Origin: Clostridia bacterium
GTDB lineage: Bacteria > Bacillota > Clostridia > Oscillospirales > Acutalibacteraceae
DNA: 64,000 nt
Assembly: GCA_017407995.1 (NCBI GenBank)
Contig: JAFQVM010000014.1
Span: 48,711-112,710, forward strand
Direction: 5' to 3'
Under the pieces are notes generated by a model. That model ran no database searches and was not told where the DNA came from. It worked only from the letters and a program-made list of their open reading frames with translations. The position numbers were made by a program, and so were the translations under genes. How positions within the stretch are numbered: position 1 is the stretch's first letter; every line of letters starts with the position of its first letter. Below are positions 43,269 to 52,671 of this stretch, in pieces.

Positions 43269-44627
43269 ATGGCTCTTTTCACTAAGGCTGTCAAGGGCAC
43301 ACAGGATGTTTTGCCCGCAAACAGTTATAAAAACCGTTTTTTAGAAAACACTTTACTTGACATCGCTTCAAACTTCGGATTCAAGGAGATTAGAACTCCT
43401 GTTTTCGAACACACAGAGCTTTTCGCAAGAGGTGTTGGCGATACAACTGACGTTGTTCAAAAAGAGATGTATACTTTCCTCGATAAGGGCGGCCGCTCTA
43501 TAACTCTCAGACCTGAGGGTACCGCAGGTGCGGCACGAGCTTTTCTTGAGCACGGTCTGTTTAACGAGCCCCTGCCACAGAAAGTATGCTATATCACTTC
43601 ATGCTATCGCTATGAGAAGCCTCAGTCCGGCAGATACAGAGAGTTTCACCAGTTCGGAGTTGAAGTGTTCGGCACACCGTCTCCCGCAGCGGATGCAGAG
43701 CTTATTTCGCTTGCCAATGAGATTTTTGCTTTTCTCGGCATTGACGATTTAACCCTTGAAATCAATTCAATCGGTTGTCCCAAGTGCCGTGCAGAATATC
43801 ACAAAGCGCTTAAAGCTTACTTCGAGAGCTACAAAGAGGAGCTTTGCGGCACATGTCTTGACCGACTTGAGCGCAACCCCATGCGAATCTTAGACTGCAA
43901 GAGCCCCATCTGCTCAAAAATCGCAGCTGAAGCACCTGTTGTCCTCGACTATCTGTGTGATGAGTGTAAGGAGCATTTTGAAAAGGTTAAGAGCTATCTT
44001 GATGCCTTGAATATCGAATATAAAATCAATCCGAAAATCGTGCGTGGACTTGATTACTATACAAAAACCGTCTTTGAATTCGTTTCAAGCAACGAAAAAA
44101 CCGCAGGACTTGTCTGTGGCGGCGGCGGACGTTATGACGGTCTTATTGAAGAACTCGGTGGCCAGCACACACCGTCTCTCGGCTTTGCAATGGGCCTTGA
44201 ACGTCTTTTGAGTGTTATCGAAGCTCAGGGAATTGAGCTGCCCGGCGAGCAGAAGTGTGATATATACATCGCCTCTATTGGCGACAAAGCCTCTCTTAAG
44301 GCTGCAGGAATATGTACTGACCTTCGTGCAGAAGGTGTCGGCGCTCAGTTTGACATCGCAGGCCGTTCTGTTAAGGCTCAGATGAAATATGCTGATAAAA
44401 TCGGTGCAAAATTCACCTGCGTCATAGGCGATGACGATATTGAAAAGGGCGAAGTTGCCATTAAAAACATGGAGAACGGCGAAAAGACTGTTTTAGCACT
44501 TGACACTTTTACAGATGACTTTTCATCCATGTGGGTACAATCGGCCGCAAACGCTCTTGCAGATTCTTTATCAAACGAAGACTTTGCATCATTAGACATT
44601 AACAATCTTATGGGAGGGCTCAAATAA
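43269..44627 (+). CDS. hisS: Histidine--tRNA ligase
   Basis: LRPEGTA, RYEKPQ.GRYREF.Q, RGLDYY, GGGRYD. Confidence 0.98.
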   Translation: MALFTKAVKGTQDVLPANSYKNRFLENTLLDIASNFGFKEIRTPVFEHTELFARGVGDTTDVVQKEMYTFLDKGGRSITLRPEGTAGAARAFLEHGLFNEPLPQKVCYITSCYRYEKPQSGRYREFHQFGVEVFGTPSPAADAELISLANEIFAFLGIDDLTLEINSIGCPKCRAEYHKALKAYFESYKEELCGTCLDRLERNPMRILDCKSPICSKIAAEAPVVLDYLCDECKEHFEKVKSYLDALNIEYKINPKIVRGLDYYTKTVFEFVSSNEKTAGLVCGGGGRYDGLIEELGGQHTPSLGFAMGLERLLSVIEAQGIELPGEQKCDIYIASIGDKASLKAAGICTDLRAEGVGAQFDIAGRSVKAQMKYADKIGAKFTCVIGDDDIEKGEVAIKNMENGEKTVLALDTFTDDFSSMWVQSAANALADSLSNEDFASLDINNLMGGLK

Positions 44628-45961
44628 TGGAGAGAACCTATATTGCGGACATAAAAAACAATCTCGATAAACCCGTTCTTGTTCAGGGCTTTATTGAAAA
44701 CCTGCGTGACGGCAAGGCTATGGCTTTCATTGTTCTTAAGGACATCACAGGTAAATTGCAGATTACAGTTGAAAAAGAAAAGGCTGAGCACCTTTGCGAC
44801 ACAATCGCACAGCTTACTCCCGATTCTGTCGTATCAATCACAGGTACCGCTATCGCAAACGATTTCGTAAAGCTCAACGGTATTGAGCTTATCCCCACTG
44901 ACATCAAAATAGAGTCAATTGCTGATGCTCTGCCGATTATGCGCAAGGAGATTCCTGCAACAAAGAAGAAAAAAGCTGTTGAGCGTTCAAGCATTGACCA
45001 GCGTATTGACTACCGTTGGATTGATTTGCGCACAGACGAAAATCAGCTTATGTTCAAGGTTCAGACCACTATGGTTAATGCCATGCGTCAGTTCCTCCTT
45101 GAGCGTGAATTCATAGAGATTCACACTCCCAAGCTTATCGGCGCTGCAAGTGAGAGCGGTTCGGAAGTTTTTGAAGTTAAGTATTTTGACCGCAACGCAT
45201 ATCTTGCACAAAGCCCTCAGTTCTATAAACAGATGGCAATGGCAAGCGGATTCGAGCGCATTTTTGAAGTCGGACCCGTATTCAGAGCTGAAAAGTCCTA
45301 CACCAGCAAGCACACCACCGAGTTTTCAGGTTTCGACCTTGAGTTCAGTTATATAAACTCTTTCAGAGATGTTATGAAGATGGAGGAAGAGCTTCTCGCC
45401 TTTATGCTCAAAGCCGTAAAAGAAAAGTACGGTGATGAGATAAAAGAGCTCTTCGGAATAGATGTTGTTGTTCCGACCACTCCGTTCCCCGTAATCACTC
45501 TCAAAGAGCTTTATGCAGAGCTTGAAAAAGAGTTCGGCTACACTATCGATGACAGCGAAAAAGGTGACCTTACCACCGATGCTGAAAGACTCAGCTACGA
45601 GTGGGTTATGAAAAAGTACGGACACGAGTTCCTGTTCATCACCGACTATGATGCTGAGAAACGTGCTTTCTATCATATGCGTGATGAAAACGGCGTTCCT
45701 CAGGGATATGACCTTATCTGGAGAGGCGTTGAAATCACAACAGGCGCACAGCGTGAGCACAGATATGATGTTCTTAAAAGCCAGGCACAGGAAAAAGGTC
45801 TTGACAAGGACGTTGAGTTCTATCTTGAATTCTTCAAGTACGGTTGTCCGCCTCACGGTGGCTTCGGCATAGGCATCGACCGTATGACTATGCTCATGCT
45901 CGGACTTCACATCAAAGAAGCCATGTTTATATTCAGAGGTCCGAACAGACTTAATCCGTAA
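44627..45961 (+). CDS. aspS: Aspartate--tRNA ligase, short archaeal/eukaryotic type (possibly non-discriminating)
   Basis: 444 aa, no GAD insertion; LAQSPQFYKQ, FRAEKS, GAQREH, YG.PPHGG.G.G.DR. Confidence 0.92.
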   Translation: MERTYIADIKNNLDKPVLVQGFIENLRDGKAMAFIVLKDITGKLQITVEKEKAEHLCDTIAQLTPDSVVSITGTAIANDFVKLNGIELIPTDIKIESIADALPIMRKEIPATKKKKAVERSSIDQRIDYRWIDLRTDENQLMFKVQTTMVNAMRQFLLEREFIEIHTPKLIGAASESGSEVFEVKYFDRNAYLAQSPQFYKQMAMASGFERIFEVGPVFRAEKSYTSKHTTEFSGFDLEFSYINSFRDVMKMEEELLAFMLKAVKEKYGDEIKELFGIDVVVPTTPFPVITLKELYAELEKEFGYTIDDSEKGDLTTDAERLSYEWVMKKYGHEFLFITDYDAEKRAFYHMRDENGVPQGYDLIWRGVEITTGAQREHRYDVLKSQAQEKGLDKDVEFYLEFFKYGCPPHGGFGIGIDRMTMLMLGLHIKEAMFIFRGPNRLNP

Positions 45962-45971
45962 GAAAGAACTT

Positions 45972-45999
45972 AAAGCACCGTCTATGACGGTGCTTTTTT
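45972..45999 (+). terminator. Intrinsic terminator after aspS
   Basis: AAAGCACCGTC / GACGGTGCTTT plus T-run. Confidence 0.85.
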
Positions 46000-46117
46000 A
46001 TTTTCATTTTTTACCATGAGCAATGTTTACCGATAACAGTTTCTTTTGTCAGGTATACTCACTAAGCGATGATAAAAAATAAAATCAGAATTCGCTTTTA
46101 AAAGGAGTGCTGCAAAT

Positions 46118-47413
46118 GTGAAAATTAAAAAATATTTTATTCCAAAAAGACGCTCATTTATAAAGCTTGCAGCGTTTTCTGTCGCTACTATTACTGTTCT
46201 CAGCATCTTTTTGTTGCGTGCATCGACAACCCAAAACTACTATGAAAATGAAATAAAAACTGTGAGATTGCGCTCTCTTTATCAGATGTGTGAGTACACA
46301 TCGCTTTTACCTGACGACCTGCATAAGCTTGCCAACTCTGCCGCACCGACAGCAGAACTGTCCTCAAACATTCTCAAGAACACATCGTGTGCAAAAACTT
46401 GTCTGAGCGATTTTCCGCAGGATAACGATAGTTTGTCACAAATCTATAAGTTTTATTCCCAAGTGGACTCGCTTATAACTTCAATCAGTAACGGAAGTCT
46501 TTCAATTGAACAAGAGCAATCAAACCTCCGCCGTTTGGCAGACTCCGCACAAAACTTGACGTATCGGTTAGAGGACGTTCTTAACATGTGCATCACAGGG
46601 TCATTATCACTCACACAAGTACCCGACGCAATCGCCGATAATCAAACTGCATTTTATTCATCAGGTTTAGATTATGCTAACAATACGCTTGCAGATATTA
46701 AAACAAACTCTTTTAAAGGCGCAGAAGAAAGTGCTTTTTTGAACCACTTTGATACCGTCACAAAAAAAGAAGCGGCTAAAATCGCCGCAGAGCATTTAAA
46801 TGTGGAAACTGTCCTTTTAAGAAAAACACGGAATGACGACAGTTCACTTGAGCTTTATAAATTCTATTACCGTGACTCATTTATCAGCATCACAAAGAAC
46901 GGCGGAAAAGTTTGTTCATTTTTTATGCCGTGCGAAGCCAAGGAAAAAACACTGTCCGCAGAGGATGCTGTTATCCGAGCGAAAGAGGCGCTGAAAAACT
47001 GGGGATACAAAAGCTTAAAGGAAAAGTACTATTTCATCAAAGACAACGTCTGCACCATAACCTTTGTTCACATAGATGGCGAAGTAATTTGCTATCCCGA
47101 CACCATAAAAATAAAAATAGCTCTCGATAACGGTGAAACAGTAGGATTCGATGCCTCAGAGTATTTTAAAAATCATAAGGAGCGAAGCTACAAGTATGAA
47201 AACACCTTTATCGAAGGCATGATTCCGAGCTCTCTCAATGTTTTAAGAATATCACTTGCTTTAATCTCACATGAAGGCACAGAGATTCTCTGCCATGAAA
47301 TATTATGCACTGACGGTGAAAGTGAATATCTTGTTTATCTAAACAGTGAAAATGCTGCACAGGAAAAAATCTTAAAGCTCGAAAAAACCGACAGCGGAAC
47401 TCTTATAAAATAA
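46118..47413 (+). CDS. Germination protein YpeB-like (PepSY domains)
   Basis: N-terminal TM, K(F)YSQV, ITK.GGK, YPD.IK.KIALD.GE..GF, E.LC.E, VY.N.....EKI. Confidence 0.75.
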   Translation: MKIKKYFIPKRRSFIKLAAFSVATITVLSIFLLRASTTQNYYENEIKTVRLRSLYQMCEYTSLLPDDLHKLANSAAPTAELSSNILKNTSCAKTCLSDFPQDNDSLSQIYKFYSQVDSLITSISNGSLSIEQEQSNLRRLADSAQNLTYRLEDVLNMCITGSLSLTQVPDAIADNQTAFYSSGLDYANNTLADIKTNSFKGAEESAFLNHFDTVTKKEAAKIAAEHLNVETVLLRKTRNDDSSLELYKFYYRDSFISITKNGGKVCSFFMPCEAKEKTLSAEDAVIRAKEALKNWGYKSLKEKYYFIKDNVCTITFVHIDGEVICYPDTIKIKIALDNGETVGFDASEYFKNHKERSYKYENTFIEGMIPSSLNVLRISLALISHEGTEILCHEILCTDGESEYLVYLNSENAAQEKILKLEKTDSGTLIK

Positions 47414-47490
47414 TTGCGAATAAAAGTATACACAAAGCCAATAATACTATAGAACCCCAGGTTCACTACAAGACAGGAGTGCTGAGTAAA

Positions 47491-47742
47491 ATGAAAAAAT
47501 CTCTAAGTCTGATTTTAGCTGTCGCCGCTTTTTTTGTGTTCGCCCTTACAGGCTGCACAAACGGTAACGACGACACCACTACAACCTCCAGAGGTGACAC
47601 GACCTCAACAGCGACCACCACTAACGAAAGAGCAACAGAAGGTCTTTCGGAAAGAGTGTCTGATGACATGTCAGAAATGATGTCGGATGCTCAATCTCTC
47701 TTACCGGATGCCGAAGACGGCTCCGTAACAGATAACGGCTAA
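47491..47742 (+). CDS. Small Thr-rich lipoprotein
   Basis: MKK signal peptide with lipobox LTGC; AGGAG upstream. Confidence 0.75.
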   Translation: MKKSLSLILAVAAFFVFALTGCTNGNDDTTTTSRGDTTSTATTTNERATEGLSERVSDDMSEMMSDAQSLLPDAEDGSVTDNG

Positions 47743-47781
47743 AAAAACAAAGCAGAAGGGTTGCCTTCTGCTTTGTTTTTT
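47741..47781. terminator. Bidirectional intrinsic terminator
   Basis: AAAAAACAAAGCAGAAGG / CCTTCTGCTTTGTTTTTT. Confidence 0.85.
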
Positions 47782-47884
47782 AGTATCACAACAGTTTTGT
47801 GAACGCTAAGCATACTATTAGAAAACTAAGGACAGTCCGGATGGTTATTAACCACCCAGACTATCTTTTAATTTAAAATATATA

Positions 47885-49161
47885 TTAATACTTCTTTTTT
47901 CTCGAAACAAACGCTGCTGCGGCCGCAACTGAAAGAGCTGCAAATGCTGTTATTCCGGCAGCTGCTCCTGTGTTAGGAATGCTTTCGTTTGAATTTCCTA
48001 TAGATGCATCGTCGTCGGGATTATTCGGGGTATCACTGTCTGTTTCGCCTGTCGAAGAATCTGACTCGGGGTCTTTATCAGGGTCAGACGGAACAAGCCC
48101 CTCAGAATCAAAGATAGACACCAAAACATCAATGAGTTTATCAAGGGTGTCCTTTACCTGCTCTGTTATACCCTCTACGACCTCAGGGTCAATATCAGCT
48201 ATTATATCCTTTATCTGTCCTACGATATCTGCCACTTCTTCAGGGTCAACATTCTCTATAACATCTTTTATCTGCTCTTTTATGTCATCTACAATCTCCG
48301 GGTCGATTTGCTCAAAGAAGTCTTTGATATCTTCTACCGCACCTGAAATATCAATGCCAAATCCGGTAGCGGGAATCTCTTTTCCCTGTTCAACAGTATG
48401 ATTACATTTCTTACACACCTTATCACCTGTGTAGCCGGGTTTAAATACTGTTGCCTCTTTTGCGTTTACTACTTCAATTTCATGCTTTTCAACCATTTTA
48501 TATTTGCAGATGTAACACTCTTTATAGTGAATGTCTCCATCAGCCTTCCAATTGTCGTAGGAGGTGTGCTGAGTCAAGCTCCCCCTTTCTCCGCAGCCAC
48601 ACTCTTGCCAATGATAGTTCTCGTCATACTTCAAATCATCATAGCCGTGGGAGTGATAAGTGAGATTAAGCTTAAATGTTGCCTTTTCTCCATTTCCAAG
48701 GTCATAATCGTAAGTTACCTTCCATGGTCTGGGACTACTGATTTTCAATACAGTTCCACTGACTGTAGCTCCCTCTGACCAATTCGAGGTTTTTGTAACA
48801 TCGAAATCCCCGGGTAATTTACTAAGGTCAAAACTGTTTTGTTCATCAAGAGTTATATTGTAAAAATTATCTTCGCAAAAAAGCGTTGTTAGTTTAGGAT
48901 TTTTACTCAAATCAAGACTTGTAAGATTGTTTGAAGTTTGACCTATGACTCCAATATTATAATTATGGCACTGCAACTCTTGCAGCTCCGTGTTGTTTCT
49001 TACGTCAAGGGTCTCCAATTCACAGTTTGCACAACACAGTTTTATCAAAGCCGTGTTCTTGCTGACATCTATACTTGTAAGCGGATTCCTTGAACAATTC
49101 AAATAGGTCAGGTTAGGCAACAGTTCTATTCCTTTGAGCGTACTGACATTTTTGTTTTCAT
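47885..49161 (-). pseudogene. 5'-truncated leucine-rich-repeat cell-wall-anchored protein
   Basis: LRRs (L..LDVSKN..L..L.C), His/Cys repeats, IPNTG + TM + RKKK sorting signal; the RBS-linked ATG at 49161 is out of frame and there is no signal peptide. Confidence 0.7.
48130..48330 (-). repeat. Degenerate 57-bp / 19-aa tandem repeat (about 3.5 copies)
   Basis: IKDFFEQIDPEIVDDIKEQ / IKDVIENVDPEEVADIVGQ / IKDIIADIDPEVVEGITEQ / VKDTLDKL. Confidence 0.8.
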
Positions 49162-49348
49162 TTTAAACAACCTCTCTTCTTTTGTTTAGATTTATTAAAC
49201 ATTTGTCTATCGTCATCAAGAAAAACAAATCAGTTAAACAGTCAGCAATGCCTTGCCGAAAAAAACAAGATAGCAGTTACAGATGCAAAAAGCGTATTAC
49301 ATACTAATAATTGTCATCTCTACTGCCATCTATTCCAATGTATTCTTG

Positions 49349-49377
49349 ATTATAGCAAAAAATTCTTTTGGTTTCAA
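49349..49377 (-). promoter_or_regulatory. Putative sigma-A promoter of the LRR gene
   Basis: TTGAAA-17-TATAAT with extended TG. Confidence 0.7.
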
Positions 49378-49427
49378 CAGTGCAAAACCTGTTTATAAAG
49401 ATTTTACTTTTATAATATATATTTTCA

Positions 49428-49997
49428 CTACTGTTCTTTACAAAAATCTATTATCGCACGTATCGCACGAACTGTTCTTGCCACGGGCAATCCAACAACA
49501 TTAAAATAGTCGCCGTCTATCCCCTCGACAAGCGTGCATCCGTATCCCTGAATGCCGTATGCACCGGCTTTGTCCATAGGCTCGTTTGTTGCTACATACT
49601 TTTCAATTTCTTCATCCGTTAAATCAAAAAATCTAACCTTGGTCTCTTCGCAAAAAATATTCTTCTTACCGTTTGCCGCAATGCAGACGCCTGTGTAAAC
49701 TGCATGCTCATTACCTGAGAGTGCACGAAGCATCCTCTTTGCATCCTCTCTGTCTTTAGGCTTTCCGAGTATCTTATCATTCAAAACCACAACGGTATCT
49801 GCGCCTATAACGCAATCATTCGGTCTGCGCAATGCAACCGGACTGCACTTTTGCTCGGCAAGAGAGCAGACTATCTCCTCCACACAATCTCCCTGCACAA
49901 TCTCTTCTACGCCCTCAACATCTATTTCGAAATCAAGCCCTGCCGTTTTTAAAAGTTCTTTCCTGCGGGGCGAGGATGACGCCAACACTATTTTCAA
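49428..49997 (-). CDS. maf: Maf nucleotide pyrophosphatase
   Basis: LASSSPRR, IGADT, GKP, DKAGAYGIQ, NVVGLP. Confidence 0.96.
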   Translation of the reverse strand: MKIVLASSSPRRKELLKTAGLDFEIDVEGVEEIVQGDCVEEIVCSLAEQKCSPVALRRPNDCVIGADTVVVLNDKILGKPKDREDAKRMLRALSGNEHAVYTGVCIAANGKKNIFCEETKVRFFDLTDEEIEKYVATNEPMDKAGAYGIQGYGCTLVEGIDGDYFNVVGLPVARTVRAIRAIIDFCKEQ

Positions 49998-50539
49998 AAC
50001 TGACCCCTCCTGATAAGCTCCGCAACCTTTAAAACTGCTGCCTGAGTTTTTCCGTCCCTGATTTCATTATTTAGTACCATATCAACAGCCTTTTCAAGAG
50101 GAATTCTTTCTACTGCCAAAAATTCATCCTCATCCGGGTCCAGGTCCGTAAACGTGAGACCCTTTGCAGCATACATATGAATTATCTCTCCGCAGTAACC
50201 GGGAGTCGGATAAAACTTGCCAATGTTAAGATACTCCTGTGCAACTGCACCGGTTTCCTCTCTGAGCTCTCGTTTGCCCGCCTCAAATGGGTCCTCACCG
50301 TATTCAAGCTTACCGGCAGGAATTTCAAGAATCACCTCGCCGTAAGGGTAACGGAACTGGCGAACAAACATAAGCTCATTCTTATCCGTCAAAGCGGCAA
50401 TCGTTACCCCGCCCGGATGCTCTACCACCTCACGCTTTGCCTCCTTGCCGTTAGGCAATTCAGCTCTGTCAGCCCGGACGTTTATTATCTTTCCGTTATA
50501 GATGTATATTTTTTCTAAAGTTTTCTCGTTGAGATTCAT
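49994..50539 (-). CDS. nudF: NUDIX hydrolase, ADP-ribose pyrophosphatase-like
   Basis: EIPAGKLE......KRELREETG Nudix box, Q.RYP, D.KT. Confidence 0.88.
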   Translation of the reverse strand: MNLNEKTLEKIYIYNGKIINVRADRAELPNGKEAKREVVEHPGGVTIAALTDKNELMFVRQFRYPYGEVILEIPAGKLEYGEDPFEAGKRELREETGAVAQEYLNIGKFYPTPGYCGEIIHMYAAKGLTFTDLDPDEDEFLAVERIPLEKAVDMVLNNEIRDGKTQAAVLKVAELIRRGQF

Positions 50540-50620
50540 AAGTTATCCCCCGTTTTGTATTATTTGCACCTTTTTCTGAATAAAAATAACTGACTACTTT
50601 TGGAAGGAAAATACTGCGCT

Positions 50621-51523
50621 ATGAGTTTTATTATACCTTGTTATCCTCCCGACTACAAGACCTTGAGTGTCGGAATATCAAATTTAAAATGCAGTTATCC
50701 TTTTTTGAGAACAGGTATACTGGGACGCAGTCTTTGCCTGCGAAAAATATATTCGCTACGTCTTGGCAGAGCTGAAAACCCTGTCTTAATAACCGCCGGA
50801 TTTCACGCTCAGGAGTGGATAACATCACTCGTTCTTTTGCGTTTTATAGAGCGGGTTTGTCAAGCAGCGCAAAAAAGGAATACACTGTGCGGGATAGATG
50901 TAGGCGGAGCGCTGAACCGGCGTGAAGTAATTTTTATTCCCTGCATCAACCCTGACGGCACCGAAATCGCTCTTAAAGGCTCATGTACTGCAGGAAAATA
51001 CCGCAACTTTGTTGAAAAAATATCAAACAAAGACCTTTCTCATTGGAACGCAAATGCCAGAGGCGTAGATATTAATCACAACTTTAATGCTGGTTGGCAA
51101 ATTTCACGCAAACTTGAAAATGAAGCCGGCATAACCGGACCTTCACCACGCAGATTTGGCGGCGCTGCTCCCGAAAGCGAACCTGAAACCCAGGCTCTTA
51201 CTAACCTTTGCCGAAACCGATGTCCACGCACAGCCATAGCACTTCACAGTCAGGGTGAAGAAATATTTTACGAATACGGAAAATACACTCCCGAAAGAGG
51301 TCTGCATCTTGCAAAAATATTCTCCGCATCAAGCGGATATACGTTAGTACAAAACGCCGGTATTTACTCCCACGCAGGGTTTAAGGACTGGTTTATAGAA
51401 GAGTTTCACAGTCCGGCATTCACCTTTGAACTGGGGAAAGGAAAAAATCCACTGCCTCTTTCAGAGTTTGATTCAATATATTCAAAAGTTGAGGAAATGC
51501 TGATACTCGCATGTATTATGTAA
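50621..51523 (+). CDS. M14 metallopeptidase, gamma-D-glutamyl-meso-DAP peptidase-like
   Basis: HAQEW, NPDG, NARGVDINHNF, ESEPET, LHSQG, FKDWF, FT.E.G. Confidence 0.85.
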   Translation: MSFIIPCYPPDYKTLSVGISNLKCSYPFLRTGILGRSLCLRKIYSLRLGRAENPVLITAGFHAQEWITSLVLLRFIERVCQAAQKRNTLCGIDVGGALNRREVIFIPCINPDGTEIALKGSCTAGKYRNFVEKISNKDLSHWNANARGVDINHNFNAGWQISRKLENEAGITGPSPRRFGGAAPESEPETQALTNLCRNRCPRTAIALHSQGEEIFYEYGKYTPERGLHLAKIFSASSGYTLVQNAGIYSHAGFKDWFIEEFHSPAFTFELGKGKNPLPLSEFDSIYSKVEEMLILACIM

Positions 51524-51543
51524 TGCTTTTTATAATGAAAAAA

Positions 51544-51567
51544 CACGCACCGCTTAAGCGGTGCGTG
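51544..51567. terminator. Terminator-like palindrome between convergent genes
   Basis: CACGCACCGC-TTAA-GCGGTGCGTG. Confidence 0.7.
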
Positions 51568-51585
51568 AAGTTTAATTCGTATTAA

Positions 51586-51996
51586 TCAGTCCTCGTCGCA
51601 GCAGTCATCACAATCGCACTCGATGTCGAACTCTAAAAGAGTATCGCAGTTGGGGCAATCAATGCTACCGTCCTCAAGGATGCCCTCGTCAACGCAGATT
51701 ATCTCGCCGCACTTGGGGCACTCAACCTCATAATATTCCTCATCGTCGCAGCAGTCGTCGCAATCGCAGTCATCGTCGTCGTAGACGTAGCTCTCAAGCT
51801 CTGCAAGGTCCTCATCAACAGAGTCAACCTGGTCGCTGACAACGTCAAGACCCTCTTCAAGGTCTGCAACACTCATTGCGATATCGTCAAGCAGGTCTAT
51901 CATAGCCTTTATAACTTTAACTTCATCCTTTGTGCCGTCAAGGTTAAGTCCGTCGACAAGGCCCTTGATATAAGCAACTTTTTCTGTAACAGTCAT
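51586..51996 (-). CDS. CD1247-like acidic zinc-ribbon protein
   Basis: EKVAYIKGL..GL N-terminus, CPKC and CPNC; directly downstream of efp. Confidence 0.8.
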   Translation of the reverse strand: MTVTEKVAYIKGLVDGLNLDGTKDEVKVIKAMIDLLDDIAMSVADLEEGLDVVSDQVDSVDEDLAELESYVYDDDDCDCDDCCDDEEYYEVECPKCGEIICVDEGILEDGSIDCPNCDTLLEFDIECDCDDCCDED

Positions 51997-52016
51997 TTTA
52001 ATTTCTCCCTTCAAAA

Positions 52017-52574
52017 TTATGCTCTGCTGACATACTCGCCGGTACGGGTGTCAACAATAACCATTTCGCCCTCTTCAATGAAGAGCGGAACTTTTATCTC
52101 AGCACCTGTTTCAAGAGTAGCGGGCTTTGTAGCGTTAGTAGCTGTATCGCCCTTGAAGCCGGGGTCAGTCTGAGTAACTTCAAGAGTAACGCTTGTAGGC
52201 GGCTCAACGCCGAAAACATTGCCCTTGTAAGAAAGAATCTTACAAACAGTGTTCTCTTTAACAAACTTGAAATTGTCAGAAAGCTCGCTGGAGTTAATCG
52301 GAATAAGCTCATAACTCTCGGGGTCCATGAAGTAATAGAGGTCGCCGTCGTTATAAGAATACTCCATCTCCTTACGCTCAATATAAGCGGTGGGGAATTT
52401 TTCTGTGGGGTTGAAGGTACGCTCAACAACAGAACCTGCAATAACGTTTCTTATCTTTGTTCTGACGAACGCTGCACCTTTACCGGGCTTAACGTGCTGG
52501 AACTCGATAATCTGATAAACTTCGCCTTCCATCTCAAACGTAATGCCGTTTCTGAAATCGCCTGCTGAAACCAT
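52017..52574 (-). CDS. efp: Elongation factor P
   Basis: [16 protein letters not shown]...KPA.LETG, VDTR.GEY..R. Confidence 0.98.
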   Translation of the reverse strand: MVSAGDFRNGITFEMEGEVYQIIEFQHVKPGKGAAFVRTKIRNVIAGSVVERTFNPTEKFPTAYIERKEMEYSYNDGDLYYFMDPESYELIPINSSELSDNFKFVKENTVCKILSYKGNVFGVEPPTSVTLEVTQTDPGFKGDTATNATKPATLETGAEIKVPLFIEEGEMVIVDTRTGEYVSRA

Positions 52575-52671
52575 ATTTTGTCTCCTCCGATATTTTAGTT
52601 TTACACATTTATTTTATACTATTCGTCTATATATTTCAATACTTTTTTTACTCTTCCTGCGCTTTATCATG

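Noticed and set aside
45326-45910. Long antisense ORFs over aspS (also over nusA, gyrA and the sugar kinase)
   Set aside because: Expected by-products of codon bias in conserved genes; no RBS or recognisable motifs.
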